A program made the translations under genes and the position numbers. The notes under the pieces are model-generated. The model did no database searches. It was not told the origin of the DNA and worked only from the letters and a program-made list of their open reading frames with translations. A stretch of 64,000 bases of DNA, taken from Candidatus Moraniibacteriota bacterium. Lineage in GTDB: Bacteria; Patescibacteriota; Minisyncoccia; Moranbacterales; UBA1568. This document shows, in pieces, positions 17,613 to 31,209 of the stretch (the stretch's first letter is position 1; the number at the start of each line of letters is the position of its first letter). Location of the stretch: positions 161,756-225,755 of the forward strand of contig CAVZUR010000005.1 in the NCBI GenBank assembly GCA_963778555.1, given 5' to 3'.

Positions 17613-17706
17613 GGCGGGTATAGTATAGTGGTAATACCTGCCTGCCGATGGGCAGGCGTGACCTTTCAAAATCCGAGTCGGTTAAGCGACGGGTTCCCCT
17701 GCCCGC
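17613..17706 (+). pseudogene. degenerate tRNA-like sequence (tRNA-Gly-related 5' half with a 21-nt hairpin insertion, expanded anticodon loop and damaged T-loop)
   Basis: It reads GGGCGGG-TA-TAGTATAGTGGTAATAC-[CTGCCTGCCGATGGGCAGGCG]-TGACC-[TTTCAAAATCCGAGTC]-GGTTA-AGCG-ACGGGTTC--CCCTGCCCGC and aligns to the adjacent tRNA-Gly(CCC) with insertions and a T-loop deletion. It is unlikely to fold as a canonical tRNA. Confidence 0.35.
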
Positions 17707-17713
17707 AGAACAT

Positions 17714-17787
17714 GCGGGATTAGTATAATGGTAGTACATGACCTTCCCAAGGTTAGGGCACGGGTTCGATTCCCGTATCCCGCTCCA
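17714..17787 (+). tRNA. tRNA-Gly (anticodon CCC), CCA encoded
   Basis: The sequence is GCGGGAT-TA-GTAT-AATGGTAG-TAC-A-TGACC-TTCCCAA-GGTTA-GGGC-ACGGG-TTCGATT-CCCGT-ATCCCGC-T-CCA. Confidence 0.85.
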
Positions 17788-17844
17788 GCATAGCCGACAG
17801 GCCTGACTGCCGGTCAGCAGAGATTCCCTCCACACATTTCTTGT

Positions 17845-18351
17845 TTGCCAATTATGGCTCTAACTGCCGAAGAGGTTTCTCAGTGTGCCGCGCTTTTGAG
17901 CCGGCTTGAACCGGGCTTTCTTCCTGTGGAAATTTTTAACCAGTGTGCCCGATTGGCACGGTTAGTCATGATTGACGCCATTCCTATTCGCGGACAGGGA
18001 AAGGATTTTCAGGTGGGAGTTCTGAAGAGAGGAAAGCCGGAACAATGGTGGCCAGGTATGTGGCATCTTCCGGGCACGGTCTTTCGGAGCACGGATACAT
18101 TGGATGATGCCTTCCAGCGGCTTTTCAAGAACGAAATTCGCGCGGCCATATGGCAGGCTCCAATATTTCGTGATTTTTTGGTGCATCAGAGCGATCGGGG
18201 AGCGGAGCTCGTCCTCATTCATACGGTCGAAGGTTTGAGCCTAGAACCGGACTCGACGCTTCATTGGATGTTTCCATCCGATCCGCCCCAGCCGTTCATC
18301 GAAAGCGAGCAACAAGTGCTCAGCCGCTTGTATCAGCTCATGAACGTTTGA
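17845..18351 (+). CDS. hypothetical protein (168 aa); weak NUDIX-like GxWxLPGG resemblance only
   Basis: The ORF is intact. GMWHLPGTV...DDAFQRLFKNEIRAAI loosely resembles a Nudix box but without the conserved REx2EE residues. Confidence 0.4.
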   Translation: MPIMALTAEEVSQCAALLSRLEPGFLPVEIFNQCARLARLVMIDAIPIRGQGKDFQVGVLKRGKPEQWWPGMWHLPGTVFRSTDTLDDAFQRLFKNEIRAAIWQAPIFRDFLVHQSDRGAELVLIHTVEGLSLEPDSTLHWMFPSDPPQPFIESEQQVLSRLYQLMNV

Positions 18352-18424
18352 TGGTATAAATAAGTAGGGTGTTTCCGCAATATCACAGCAACTCATTGTA
18401 ATAAATGGAGTAAACCAGGCACAT

Positions 18425-19171
18425 ATGACGAACAAGAATTTTTCTTTCGGGGAGGCGTTCAAGACGGGCTGGGCGAAACTGAGAGAACACTGGATGTTCC
18501 TGATTGGCGCCTATCTTCTCGTGCTATTTGTGAGTGGTCTTTTCAGCTACCTCTCCGAGAATCCATACCGGGAGATCCAACCGACGAGCGGACTGCTGAG
18601 TCTCATCGGTCTCGTCCTCCGGATCTGGCTCAATTTCAATTTTCTTGTCATCACCATCCGGATTTTTGATGGCGTGAAGCCGGAGTGGAGCGAACTCTTC
18701 GTCTGGCGTGAAGAGATGCTCTCCTATGTCGGTGCCTCGATACTCTATTTCTTGGCGGTCTTCCTCGGCTGTCTCCTGTTCATTATTCCTGGTCTGTATT
18801 TCGCGATCAAATACAGCTTCTACGGCTTTCTCATCGCGGACAAGCGGGTCGGTGCCTTTGATGCGCTGAAAATGAGCGGCCAGCTGACTGACGGCGTGAA
18901 GTGGCTCTTGGTCGGGTTCGGTTTCGCTTCGACGGGGATTATTCTTCTCGGAGTATTGGCGCTCGGTGTCGGTCTGCTCGTCGCGTTGCCGGTCGTCTCG
19001 GTCGCACTGGTCTTCGTCTATCGTTCGCTCTATGACCAGACTTTCGATTTGGCCACCGCCACTCCTGGGACGGTCGTCACGACGCCAGTCATTGAGCCCA
19101 CACCCGAGACTCTCGCAGCCGTGGTTACTCCTATTCCTGAGAAGTCGGAAAATCTTCAAACGAAGAACTAA
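18425..19171 (+). CDS. integral membrane protein (DUF975-like architecture) with T/P-rich C-terminal tail
   Basis: It opens FSFGEAFKTGWAKLREHW and is followed by four or five TM helices. Confidence 0.45.
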   Translation: MTNKNFSFGEAFKTGWAKLREHWMFLIGAYLLVLFVSGLFSYLSENPYREIQPTSGLLSLIGLVLRIWLNFNFLVITIRIFDGVKPEWSELFVWREEMLSYVGASILYFLAVFLGCLLFIIPGLYFAIKYSFYGFLIADKRVGAFDALKMSGQLTDGVKWLLVGFGFASTGIILLGVLALGVGLLVALPVVSVALVFVYRSLYDQTFDLATATPGTVVTTPVIEPTPETLAAVVTPIPEKSENLQTKN

Positions 19172-19227
19172 ATTGGTGGCATCTCACCATTGGGCGCATT
19201 TTCGCACAAATTAAAAGTTGATTACAT

Positions 19228-20040
19228 ATGTTGAAATCGGTGATGGCTCGCATGGATGCTGTTTCGGGTCCGAAACACATAGATTTTTTCTTGGCCATAT
19301 TTTTTCCCTTGTTTGCCGCGGCTCTGACCGTCTTAGTCAATGCACCATTTATTATCTCGATTCTCCTGTTCTTTTTCTTCCCCGCGCTCTACTTCATGGC
19401 GCGAAGCCCATCGTCTGTTCCTAAAATTCTATTGATGATGTTGTGCACAATACCGTTCACGGTCGTTGTGGACTACTTTGCGATGCGTGATGGAGCATGG
19501 TACGACTCCTCGATCTTCTCTTGGAGGCTCATGAATGGAATTCCGATAGAAGACTTTCTCTGGACGGCCACCTGGTTCGCTTACATTTTGAGTGTTTACG
19601 AATTCTTTATTGATCGTCCGCACAGCAAGAACGACACACATATCTCGCGTCGGTGGAAAGCTTTGGTGGGTAGTTGGTTTCTGGCGCTTTTCCTCTTTCT
19701 TCCACTGTATGTTGTTTTTGGAGAGCGCCTGCATATCCCATATTTTTATCTTATTTTCACTACGATTCTCGGCATGATTCCGCTCGTTTCAGTAATTTAT
19801 CTTCGCCCCCGAATCCTCTTGAAGTTGGTGGTACTCGGCGTGTATTTCTTCTTTGTCAGTATTATCCATGAGCTTTCGGCTCTTCATACAGGGCAGTGGA
19901 TTTTCCCAGGATCGAATGTTGTTGGATGGGTTGTCTTGGGGTCGTTCCGTTTTCCTATCGAGGAATTCATCTCGTTCATGATGCTCGGGTCGCTGTATGT
20001 CGTGAGCTATTATGAGCTTTTTGTGGACGATCGTCGCTAA
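19228..20040 (+). CDS. polytopic membrane protein with two lycopene-cyclase-domain-like PxEE motifs (IPIEDFLW, FPIEEFISF)
   Basis: It is 270 aa with ~7 TM helices. The two hPxEEhhFhh motifs are characteristic of CrtYcd-type lycopene cyclase domain proteins. The assignment is tentative. Confidence 0.4.
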   Translation: MLKSVMARMDAVSGPKHIDFFLAIFFPLFAAALTVLVNAPFIISILLFFFFPALYFMARSPSSVPKILLMMLCTIPFTVVVDYFAMRDGAWYDSSIFSWRLMNGIPIEDFLWTATWFAYILSVYEFFIDRPHSKNDTHISRRWKALVGSWFLALFLFLPLYVVFGERLHIPYFYLIFTTILGMIPLVSVIYLRPRILLKLVVLGVYFFFVSIIHELSALHTGQWIFPGSNVVGWVVLGSFRFPIEEFISFMMLGSLYVVSYYELFVDDRR

Positions 20041-20061
20041 AGTATCTTTCGAAGCCCGAGA

Positions 20062-22029
20062 CTACTCCGACTCCGTAGTCGCGAACATTGTTTCCGACAG
20101 CCAGTCATTCAGATACGCGTTGACGACGCCCTGCCAATAGGTGAGGGTGTTTTCGTGTTCGGGTGAATCAAACCAAAAAGACGAGAACGGAAGCGTCATG
20201 TCGGGGAGATGAAAGTTGGGAGCGGACTGGATAGTCAGCGATTGATGGGGCTCATCGGGCTGATCAATTTTTTCTTCCTCCACAGGCTTCCTGGAGGCCG
20301 GCACACCATCAGGGACGATTTCTTCACTAGGAGGAATAGCGGGTATCTCAACTGGCGCGGGCAGTGACATACTATCCTCGTTTGGGCGAGAAGTCTCAGA
20401 GCTGTCAGTTAGGCTTTCAGAATCGGTTACTCGTTCAGTCTTTAGCTCGACGAGACTGAGTGATTGCCCCTTCTCCTTTTTCAGTACCGTATCATCAGCC
20501 AAACCTTTGTCGAATTTGTATTTCAGATGTTGGATTACTTTACCATCGGGCGCACGGAGCTCGATATGGCCACGCTCATTTCCCAGCGTGAAGAGTGAGT
20601 GTGTGCGAGTCAGCCGTTTTACGGACTTGGGCGCGACGACGAATTCCTCACGAATCGGGTGATTGGCGATGGATTTTTTCTTGGTACCCGTGGCGATGCT
20701 GAAGCCCCTCAGGTTTACCTCTTTCTTCTCTCGATTCTCGATCTCGATCCATTCTAAATCACTGTCGTTTCCCTTCGGGTTCGGCATGAAGGCGACGATG
20801 CGGACCTTGGGGGCAGTGTATTTCTCGATCTTGATGTCGAATGTTTCCTTCATCGTGTCGATGCCATCATCAGTCGTGAGGGTGACAGTATACCGGCCGG
20901 ACTTCTCGTATTTGTGCGAGGTGCTTTCCTTGTAGCTCTTGTGTCTGTCGCCGAAGTCCCAAGTGAATTTCAGCTTGTCACCATCTCGGTCTTTGCCCTT
21001 CGCACGGAAGTCAATCGCGAAATTCTTGTAGCCTTTTTTTGGCACACGCTCTTTCGTTACGGGATCGGCGTTCTCGCTGTTCTTTGTGCCCGGCGTCGGT
21101 ACGCGCGACCCGCGCAGCATCCCACTAACGAGATTGAGCGAGACGCCCGCTTTGGTCTTTTCGTACCGTACCTGATGCACCAGCCGTTTTTCTCTGTCGA
21201 AGAGTGAAAGGGTCTCATTGGAATTATTCAGCGAGAGAGAAAATTCCTGATCGGTGATGACCAGGTAGCCAAGCGATGGAATCTCGGTGCTGGTCGGAAA
21301 AATGTATTTTCCTGTCGCTGAGGCGTCGCGGATTTCCCAGCCCGAGAGATCGACGGCACTGCCGCTGGGATTGTAGAGTTCGATGAATTCCCCAGCGTCG
21401 CCTTTTTCTTTCGGGTTCGGGAGGACTTCATTGATGAGAATGCTGTAGGGGCTCGGACCGATTTCGGTGGAACTTTTTTCGTCTGTAAATAGAAACAACT
21501 CACCCTTTGAGTTCATCGGTGTTGGATTATTTGTCAGTGACCAAACCAAGGTGCCGAGATCACGCGTGAAACCCTCTTTTCCTTCCGGATTGCCGAATTG
21601 CGTCGGAGAAAAGGGGAGTAGGTGTCCGGTGCCCCACGTGAGCGAATCAACAAGCGTATCATTTTTGTCGTAGAGCGCCAGACTGTTGTTGTCGGCCAGG
21701 CTCGATCCGGTGGTCGCATCGGCATGATCTTTGAAAAGGCTCGCGCTGTTGGCCCAGAGGAAATACCCGTGAGCCGGGATGTTGTCGTTTGCACTGAACG
21801 TTTTGAGCGAGCTGCCGGTCGCTGTCACATCGCCAGCGCTTTTTCGCCGTAAACTATAACCGGATAGCTGTGTCGCTGTGTCGCCGGTATTGTACATCTC
21901 CACGAATTCATCCGAAGCTTTCGCTCCGGCAATCTGCATTTCACTGAAAAAACTGCGGCAAATACCGGTGCTGGCGGTCAAAAAAGCGCAGCAGTAGCGA
22001 GAGCGAGCAAAAGATAGCGTGCGAGACAT
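20062..22029 (-). CDS. large secreted protein with three lamin-tail domains (LTD) and a PKD domain
   Basis: Three LTD-like repeats are present (EFVEMYNTGDTATQLSGYSL, EFIELYNPSGSAVDLSGWEIR, EWIEIENREKKEVNLRGFSI), plus a PKD signature (FTWDFGD...GRYTVTLTTDDG) and an N-terminal signal peptide. Confidence 0.75.
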   Translation of the reverse strand: MSRTLSFARSRYCCAFLTASTGICRSFFSEMQIAGAKASDEFVEMYNTGDTATQLSGYSLRRKSAGDVTATGSSLKTFSANDNIPAHGYFLWANSASLFKDHADATTGSSLADNNSLALYDKNDTLVDSLTWGTGHLLPFSPTQFGNPEGKEGFTRDLGTLVWSLTNNPTPMNSKGELFLFTDEKSSTEIGPSPYSILINEVLPNPKEKGDAGEFIELYNPSGSAVDLSGWEIRDASATGKYIFPTSTEIPSLGYLVITDQEFSLSLNNSNETLSLFDREKRLVHQVRYEKTKAGVSLNLVSGMLRGSRVPTPGTKNSENADPVTKERVPKKGYKNFAIDFRAKGKDRDGDKLKFTWDFGDRHKSYKESTSHKYEKSGRYTVTLTTDDGIDTMKETFDIKIEKYTAPKVRIVAFMPNPKGNDSDLEWIEIENREKKEVNLRGFSIATGTKKKSIANHPIREEFVVAPKSVKRLTRTHSLFTLGNERGHIELRAPDGKVIQHLKYKFDKGLADDTVLKKEKGQSLSLVELKTERVTDSESLTDSSETSRPNEDSMSLPAPVEIPAIPPSEEIVPDGVPASRKPVEEEKIDQPDEPHQSLTIQSAPNFHLPDMTLPFSSFWFDSPEHENTLTYWQGVVNAYLNDWLSETMFATTESE

Positions 22030-22167
22030 AGGAGGAAATTTCCGAACGCTCTAGCGTAGCAAATCTGCAGACATTTTCCAGTCTTGACGGAGCTGTTTAT
22101 TCATGATACAAAACTGCCAGCACCTTCCTTCGCAAAGGTCAGTATTCTCGCTCGTTTCGCAAGGGGA

Positions 22168-22626
22168 ATGAGGCAAGGAGTATCGGAATTGAGATTAAGC
22201 AAACGGTTCAAGAGTGCTCGTCGTCGATGACGACGAAGTGGTTCGGATCATCACAGCAGAGACGATTCGTCAGATTTGGTCTCCGGGAAAAGAGGGGATG
22301 GACGTGAGCGGTCTGGCGAGGTCAATAGCGGCCGGTCAGCCCTGGACTGTCTCGGATGCATGCTGCAAGACCCGCCCGACCTGATCTTGTCCGATGTCCG
22401 GATGCCGGATATGGACGGCTGGGGACTCATCTCGGCTCTCAAGCGCGACGAATGCCTCCAACATATCCCCGTCATCATGGTCACGAGCGAACCGACGGAG
22501 GGCGTGCGTACTCTGGCCAACTATTACGGCGCGGCAGGCTATGTGAAGAAGCCCGTGAATCCACAGGAACTGCAGGCCGCCATCGTGGCCGCCCGTCGCA
22601 TCCCAAAACCGGCGCCAACCCCCTAA
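22168..22626 (+). CDS. single-domain response regulator (CheY-like receiver)
   Basis: The in-frame extension upstream of the track ORF (22276) gives MRQGVSELRLSNGSRVLVVDDDEVVRIIT...ALDCL...PDLILSDVRMPDMDGWGLISALKRD...IPVIMVTS...GAAGYVKKP, with the acidic pocket DD, phospho-Asp, T/S and K all present. The start may instead be GTG/TTG within 22168-22213. Confidence 0.55.
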
Positions 22627-22741
22627 GCCGACAAAGAAAGCATGGAACGCTGGAAAGCCTAATGGCCGACCAGCGTTTTTCTTTTATTTAAGCCATCCGG
22701 TGAAGCAGATATGAGTGCGGGTGGCCAATTTTACCGTCGAG

Positions 22742-22769
22742 TTGACAGCTCCCGCAGGCTTCTATAAGA
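22742..22769 (+). promoter_or_regulatory. candidate rRNA operon promoter (TTGACA, 15-16 nt spacer, TATAAG)
   Basis: gTTGACAgctcccgcaggcttcTATAAGa lies ~470 nt upstream of the 23S rRNA 5' end. Confidence 0.35.
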
Positions 22770-22974
22770 TAGAAAAACCGCTTTAGAAACGGAAAAATCA
22801 CGCCACTGTGGAACTCCCATCGAATTGAATAGACACTTTGGGTGGGAGACATGACTCCGGCTCAAGACCGGAGTTTTATTTTGAGCGGTGCAGCACTTTG
22901 AGAGCGAAAAATTGTTTGGAAAGAGAGAGGTTTGGGTGAAACTTCCTCCAAGCATTCCACTTTCCGCGCAAGAA

Positions 22975-22987
22975 CACTTAACAATCA
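22975..22987 (+). promoter_or_regulatory. boxA-like antitermination element in the rRNA leader
   Basis: CACTTAACAATCA compares with boxA GCTCTTTAACAA. Confidence 0.3.
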
Positions 22988-23215
22988 TTGAAGTCTTTGT
23001 AGGCACGTCGAGAAGTTGCCGCTATGCGCGGGGCTGTGACGAGTATGCCTAAAAGTCAAAGTTGTAAGGTCGCTGTGCCGCGTTCTGTCTAGGGATGCGG
23101 TATGGCAAGCAATTAGAGAAACGGTGAAGTCTGCGCAAACATTCTTCATCGTCAACTGAAGTGTCCGTGAGTATTTTGTGCAAACAGAATATTTGCGGAC
23201 ATTCAAATGAAAGCA

Positions 23216-26782
<3,567 letters not shown>

Positions 26783-26868
26783 ATTTGTATTCAGTTGGCG
26801 GTGAAGAGTGCTTGATAGGCGAGTACTCCGAATCTCCATTGCCCCTTACAATCATTTCAAACCAGAGT

Positions 26869-26977
26869 TTCTGGTGCCTCTAGCGACCGGGAAACACCCG
26901 ATCCCATTCCGAACTCGGCAGTTAAGCCGGTCAGCGCCGATGGTAGCCTCCGGGCAAGAGTAGGTCGGTGCCAGGAA
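26869..26977 (+). rRNA. rrf: 5S ribosomal RNA
   Basis: ctggtgcctctagcgaccgggaaacacccgatcccattccgaactcggcagttaagccggtcagcgccgatggtagcc...gagtaggtcggtgccagg matches the 5S consensus. Confidence 0.85.
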
Positions 26978-27002
26978 CTTTGAGTTGAAATGAAGACGCA
27001 AC

Positions 27003-27032
27003 AAATAGCCCCATTCCGATGGGGCTATTGTG
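27003..27032 (+). terminator. candidate terminator after the 5S rRNA
   Basis: aatagcccca-ttccga-tggggctatt is a 10-bp stem followed by gtgatat (a weak U-tract). Confidence 0.4.
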
Positions 27033-27065
27033 ATATAATGAGTTTGATTTTGACTTTTTCTCGCC

Positions 27066-27923
27066 ATGCTCACCCTGACGCGCGATACCAAGCGGCTCAC
27101 GATCATTGTTGTCTACCTCCTCGTGTTTCTCGCCATCGGTGTGGGGAGTTTCGTCGCGCTTCGTCCAGCCCCGACGTGTTTCGATGGTCTCCGGAATCAG
27201 GATGAGGGCGGAGTAGATTGCGGCGGCGTTTGTGCGCTGGCCTGCGTCGAACACATCGCCGGGAATGATCTTGTCGTTCGCGAACTGATGTTCATCCCAA
27301 CGGACCGGGGGAAATACGATATTCTCGCCCGTATCTTCAATCCGAATAACGATGTCGGCGCGGCGAGCTTCAAATACTCCCTCCTCCTGCGTGATGCTGG
27401 CGGCGCGGAGCTCGGCCGGGTGACGAGCACGGGTTTCATCCTCCCTCAGGAGACAAAGACACTTCTCGCGTTCAATCTCGAGTCGGACAAGTCGCCGGCG
27501 AAAGCAGTCATCGAGCTTTCGGACTTTCAGTGGCAGCGTCTCCAGGAGTATCGTGCGAAGCCGGAGTTGAATATCTACGCGAAGCGCTATCTCGAGCGGC
27601 CGGATCCGTCGGTTTTCGGTGCGGCTGTCGGGACACTGATCAATGAGAGCATCTATGATTTCCGCTCCATCCAGATCAAGGTCATCTTGCGGGATGCGGC
27701 TGGGCTGCCGCTGGCCGTCAATCAGAGCGAGATGCAGACGGTGATGGTCGGGCGTGAGCGCGATATACGTGTCGTTTTCCCCACCGCGTTTTCCGGCGTC
27801 GTATCTCAGGTCGAACTGGAAGCCGAGACCAATCTCTATGATACTGAGAATTTTCTCCAGCAGTATGATCTCGTGAAGCCAGCGGTTCGCTCCAGCGGAA
27901 GTACATCGCCGCCGGGACTATGA
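27066..27923 (+). CDS. hypothetical membrane-anchored extracytoplasmic protein (285 aa)
   Basis: The ORF is intact with an N-terminal TM helix (LTIIVVYLLVFLAIGVGSFVAL) and a Cys cluster. Its stop overlaps the ftsW start. Confidence 0.55.
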   Translation: MLTLTRDTKRLTIIVVYLLVFLAIGVGSFVALRPAPTCFDGLRNQDEGGVDCGGVCALACVEHIAGNDLVVRELMFIPTDRGKYDILARIFNPNNDVGAASFKYSLLLRDAGGAELGRVTSTGFILPQETKTLLAFNLESDKSPAKAVIELSDFQWQRLQEYRAKPELNIYAKRYLERPDPSVFGAAVGTLINESIYDFRSIQIKVILRDAAGLPLAVNQSEMQTVMVGRERDIRVVFPTAFSGVVSQVELEAETNLYDTENFLQQYDLVKPAVRSSGSTSPPGL

Positions 27924-29053
27924 ACGGACTGATTGTTCGGCTTTTTCGCTCTGATCCGATCCTTATCTCAGCCGCGCTTTTGCTGTTCAGCATGGGCCTC
28001 CTGGCACTCTATAGTTTTTCCGAAACTGTCGCCGGCAACATATATTTCGGCAAGCAGCTGTCGGTGGGCATCCTCGGCGTCATAGGGATGTTTTTTGTCG
28101 GAACGCTCGATTACCGGCATTTCGCTCGGATGAGCACCTTCCTCTACTTTCTGACCCTCGGCGTTCTGCTCATGGTGCTTTTTTTCGGATCCGAAGTCCG
28201 AGGTACGGTGGGGTGGCTTGCAGTCGGAAATGTGCAGATTCAGCCGGTGGAATTCGCCAAACTGGTACTCATTGTCTTTCTGGCGAGTTTCATATCCAAG
28301 AAACGCTCCGAACTGGGCGAATGGACCCGGTTGATTGCCTCCCTATTTCTTTCGGCGTTGTTCATTCTCCTGGTATTGCGTCAGCCCGACCTTGGTTCGA
28401 GTCTCGTGCTCGCGCTCATCTGGCTTTCTATGATTCTCGTTTCCGGAATCCGCTGGAAGCATGTGCTTGTACTCGGCGTTCTTGGTCTCATGCTGGTCGT
28501 CGCGAGCTGGTTTTTCTTGGCTGACTATCAGAAGGCGCGGCTCGAGACCTTCCTTAATCCCGAGCTCGATCCGAAGGGGAGCGGATACAATGTGCTCCAA
28601 TCCATGGTGGCCGTGGGCTCGGGCGGGGTGTATGGGAAAGGGATTGGCCATGGCTCCCAATCACAGCTCAACTTCCTTCCGGAGAAGCATACAGACTTCA
28701 TCTTCGCGGTCATTTCCGAGGAACTCGGGCTGATCGGGGGAGGGATTATCCTGTTTCTCTACGCACTCCTCCTCTACCGGATCAATCGTATCGCCGAGAT
28801 GGCGAGGGATAATACTGGCTACCTGATCGCGATTGGTATCTTTGCCCTGTTCTTTGCCCATATTCTCATCAATCTTGGAATGAATATGGGGTTTTTACCG
28901 GTGACCGGCTTGCCAGCCCCGTTCCTTTCCTACGGTGGCAGCGCCCTCCTGGCGTTTTTTCTGGCACTCGGACTCCTGCTTTCGATCTACCGCTATCGGG
29001 AAGAGCGTCCGGACCTCCTCGTCTCCGTGGAAAGCCGTGGTCTCGATTTGTAG
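27920..29053 (+). CDS. ftsW: peptidoglycan glycosyltransferase FtsW/RodA (SEDS family)
   Basis: It has ~10 TM helices and the conserved C-terminal SEDS region NVLQSMVAVGSGGVYGKGIGHGSQSQLNFLPEKHTDFIFAVISEELGLIGG. Confidence 0.85.
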   Translation: MNGLIVRLFRSDPILISAALLLFSMGLLALYSFSETVAGNIYFGKQLSVGILGVIGMFFVGTLDYRHFARMSTFLYFLTLGVLLMVLFFGSEVRGTVGWLAVGNVQIQPVEFAKLVLIVFLASFISKKRSELGEWTRLIASLFLSALFILLVLRQPDLGSSLVLALIWLSMILVSGIRWKHVLVLGVLGLMLVVASWFFLADYQKARLETFLNPELDPKGSGYNVLQSMVAVGSGGVYGKGIGHGSQSQLNFLPEKHTDFIFAVISEELGLIGGGIILFLYALLLYRINRIAEMARDNTGYLIAIGIFALFFAHILINLGMNMGFLPVTGLPAPFLSYGGSALLAFFLALGLLLSIYRYREERPDLLVSVESRGLDL

Positions 29054-29196
29054 CCTAGCCAAGCCTTGTTTTCCAGCGATTGACGCAAGCCTTCAATTTT
29101 GATACCATGGAAGGGCTTTAAAAAAGCTTTTTTTGTTTTAAATAGGGGGAAAAATGTCCTCCTTTTCCCGTGTTTTATCTCCTTTTCTCTTGACTC

Positions 29197-29433
29197 ATGA
29201 GAGCCTTCCTCATCGCCCAAGCCGTTGTTGCGATCCTGCTCGCGGTTTCAATCCTGCTCCAGAACCGCGGTTCGGGGTTAGGGAGCGCCTTCGGGAGCGA
29301 CTTTGGCGGTTACTACACCAAGCGCGGGTTTGAGCGTTTTCTCGTCTATGCAACGATTGCTTTGGCGGTGCTCTTTTTCGGACTCGCCATGGTCAATGTC
29401 CGGCTGTCGACCACCTCGGTCGGCGGTTTGTAA
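29197..29433 (+). CDS. secG: preprotein translocase subunit SecG
   Basis: It is a 78-aa two-TM protein with the SecG motif LLQNRGSGLGSAFGSDFGG. Confidence 0.7.
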   Translation: MRAFLIAQAVVAILLAVSILLQNRGSGLGSAFGSDFGGYYTKRGFERFLVYATIALAVLFFGLAMVNVRLSTTSVGGL

Positions 29434-29572
29434 TACTTGACACACGTCTATTCCTTCCCCACTCAATCCTGGTGCTGCTGGTCGCCTCTCCGTTTGGAAA
29501 AGCGTCTATCGCGCTCTTTCGGTCGGCGATCGCTTCATTTTTCTCGTTCTTGCCGCACTCGCCTTCAGCGCG

Positions 29573-31159
29573 TTGGCCTTTTGGCTCGGAGCGGGCTATC
29601 TCGCGCTCACAAAACCGGTGGCGGATTATGGCGGACAATACATCGAGGGTGTCGTAGCACAGCCGAGATATATCAACCCGATTCTGTCTCAGACCAGCGA
29701 CGCAGATGCTGATCTGGTCGAGCTCCTGTACGCCGGGCTTTTTCGCTACGGCGCGACGGGCCAGATTGAGAAAAGCATCGCGAACGACTACCAGGTCTCG
29801 GAGGACGGCCGGACGTACACCGTGTTTCTTCGGCCCAATGTCCGTTTCCATGACGGCGAGGAACTCTCGGCTGATGATGTCGTCTTTACAGTGCGCGCGA
29901 TCCAGGACCCAGCCTACAAGAGTCCGCTTCGGGCCAATTGGCAGGGCGTTGAAGTCAGTGCCACTGATCGCTTTACGGTAGTTTTCTCTCTCAGGAAGCC
30001 GTATTTCGGATTCGTTGAGAATCTCACCGTCGGTATTCTCCCGAAACACATCTGGGAGAATATCGCACCGGATAATTTTACTTTGGCTGATTACAATTTG
30101 GCGCAGCCAATCGGTTCCGGACCATATCTTTTTGACGGCTTAGATAAAGATGCGCAGGGGAACATCCTTTCATTTCATCTACGATCAAATCGTGAGTACT
30201 TTTCGGGTCCACCTTATATCGATCGAGTGACACTCCGTTTTTATCCGGATGAGCCGAGTCTCCTGACCGCCTATGATCGTCAAGAGGTGCTGGGCATCCA
30301 TTCTGTCAGTCATGAGCATGTCGCCGAGGTCGCTGCGAAGAAGGGGACGCACCTGTATGAATTCCCGCTCCCGCGCCTCTTCGCGGTTTTCTTGAATACG
30401 AATAAGAGCGCTCCCTTGGCGTATGATGAGGTGCGCGAAGCTCTGTCTCTCTCGACCGACCGCGCTGCCATCATTGGAGAGGTGCTGTTGGGCCGAGGGC
30501 AAGTCGCGAGTGGCCCCTTACTCCCGTTTGTTCAGGGCTACGCAGAAAGCGACGGTGCTACCTTTGATATCGATCGGGCGAATACGATCTTGGATGAGAA
30601 GGGCTGGGCGCGGGGCAACGATGGCATACGCTCGAAGAATGGGACCGTCCTCAGTTTTGATCTCACAGTGCCCGACTGGCCCGAATTGATGCGCACCGCA
30701 GACCTCTTGAAAGAAGGTTGGACCCGAATCGGTGCAGCCGCTGAGGTGAAAGTGCTCTCCCAGGCCGATCTCCAGCAGAATGTCATTCGTCCGCGCGAGT
30801 ACCAAGCCCTCGTCTTTGGCCAGGGGAGTATGCTCAATCCGGATCCGTATTCATTCTGGCATTCGAGCCAGAAGAACGATCCCGGTCTCAACCTCGCGTT
30901 TTACGAAAACCGAGAAGTCGATACGCTCATCGCTGACGCGCGCGAGACCATTGATCCCGGTCAACGCTTCGAAGCCTATCAGAAATTCCAAGCGATTGTG
31001 GCGGGCGAGCATCCGGCGATTTTTCTCTATAGTCCGAGCTATTTGTACGCAGTCTCTGATATCGTACAAGGCATTGCTATTCATCCAATCAATTTTCCAT
31101 CCGTCAGGCTCGCGGACATCGCCTCGTGGTACATTGAGACGAAACGGGTGCGGAAATAG
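29573..31159 (+). CDS. ABC transporter substrate-binding protein, family 5 (oligopeptide/nickel type)
   Basis: It matches the family-5 SBP over its whole length (...ELLYAGLFRY..., ...GPYLFD..., ...YENREVDTLI...). No ATG start is present; the TTG at 29573 or an upstream non-ATG start following the hydrophobic anchor (frame open from 29441) is implied. Confidence 0.75.
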   Translation: MAFWLGAGYLALTKPVADYGGQYIEGVVAQPRYINPILSQTSDADADLVELLYAGLFRYGATGQIEKSIANDYQVSEDGRTYTVFLRPNVRFHDGEELSADDVVFTVRAIQDPAYKSPLRANWQGVEVSATDRFTVVFSLRKPYFGFVENLTVGILPKHIWENIAPDNFTLADYNLAQPIGSGPYLFDGLDKDAQGNILSFHLRSNREYFSGPPYIDRVTLRFYPDEPSLLTAYDRQEVLGIHSVSHEHVAEVAAKKGTHLYEFPLPRLFAVFLNTNKSAPLAYDEVREALSLSTDRAAIIGEVLLGRGQVASGPLLPFVQGYAESDGATFDIDRANTILDEKGWARGNDGIRSKNGTVLSFDLTVPDWPELMRTADLLKEGWTRIGAAAEVKVLSQADLQQNVIRPREYQALVFGQGSMLNPDPYSFWHSSQKNDPGLNLAFYENREVDTLIADARETIDPGQRFEAYQKFQAIVAGEHPAIFLYSPSYLYAVSDIVQGIAIHPINFPSVRLADIASWYIETKRVRK

Positions 31160-31209
31160 TCTCGAAGGGCATATCCGTAAACGTAGGAGATTTCATTAAT
31201 CCAAGCCTT

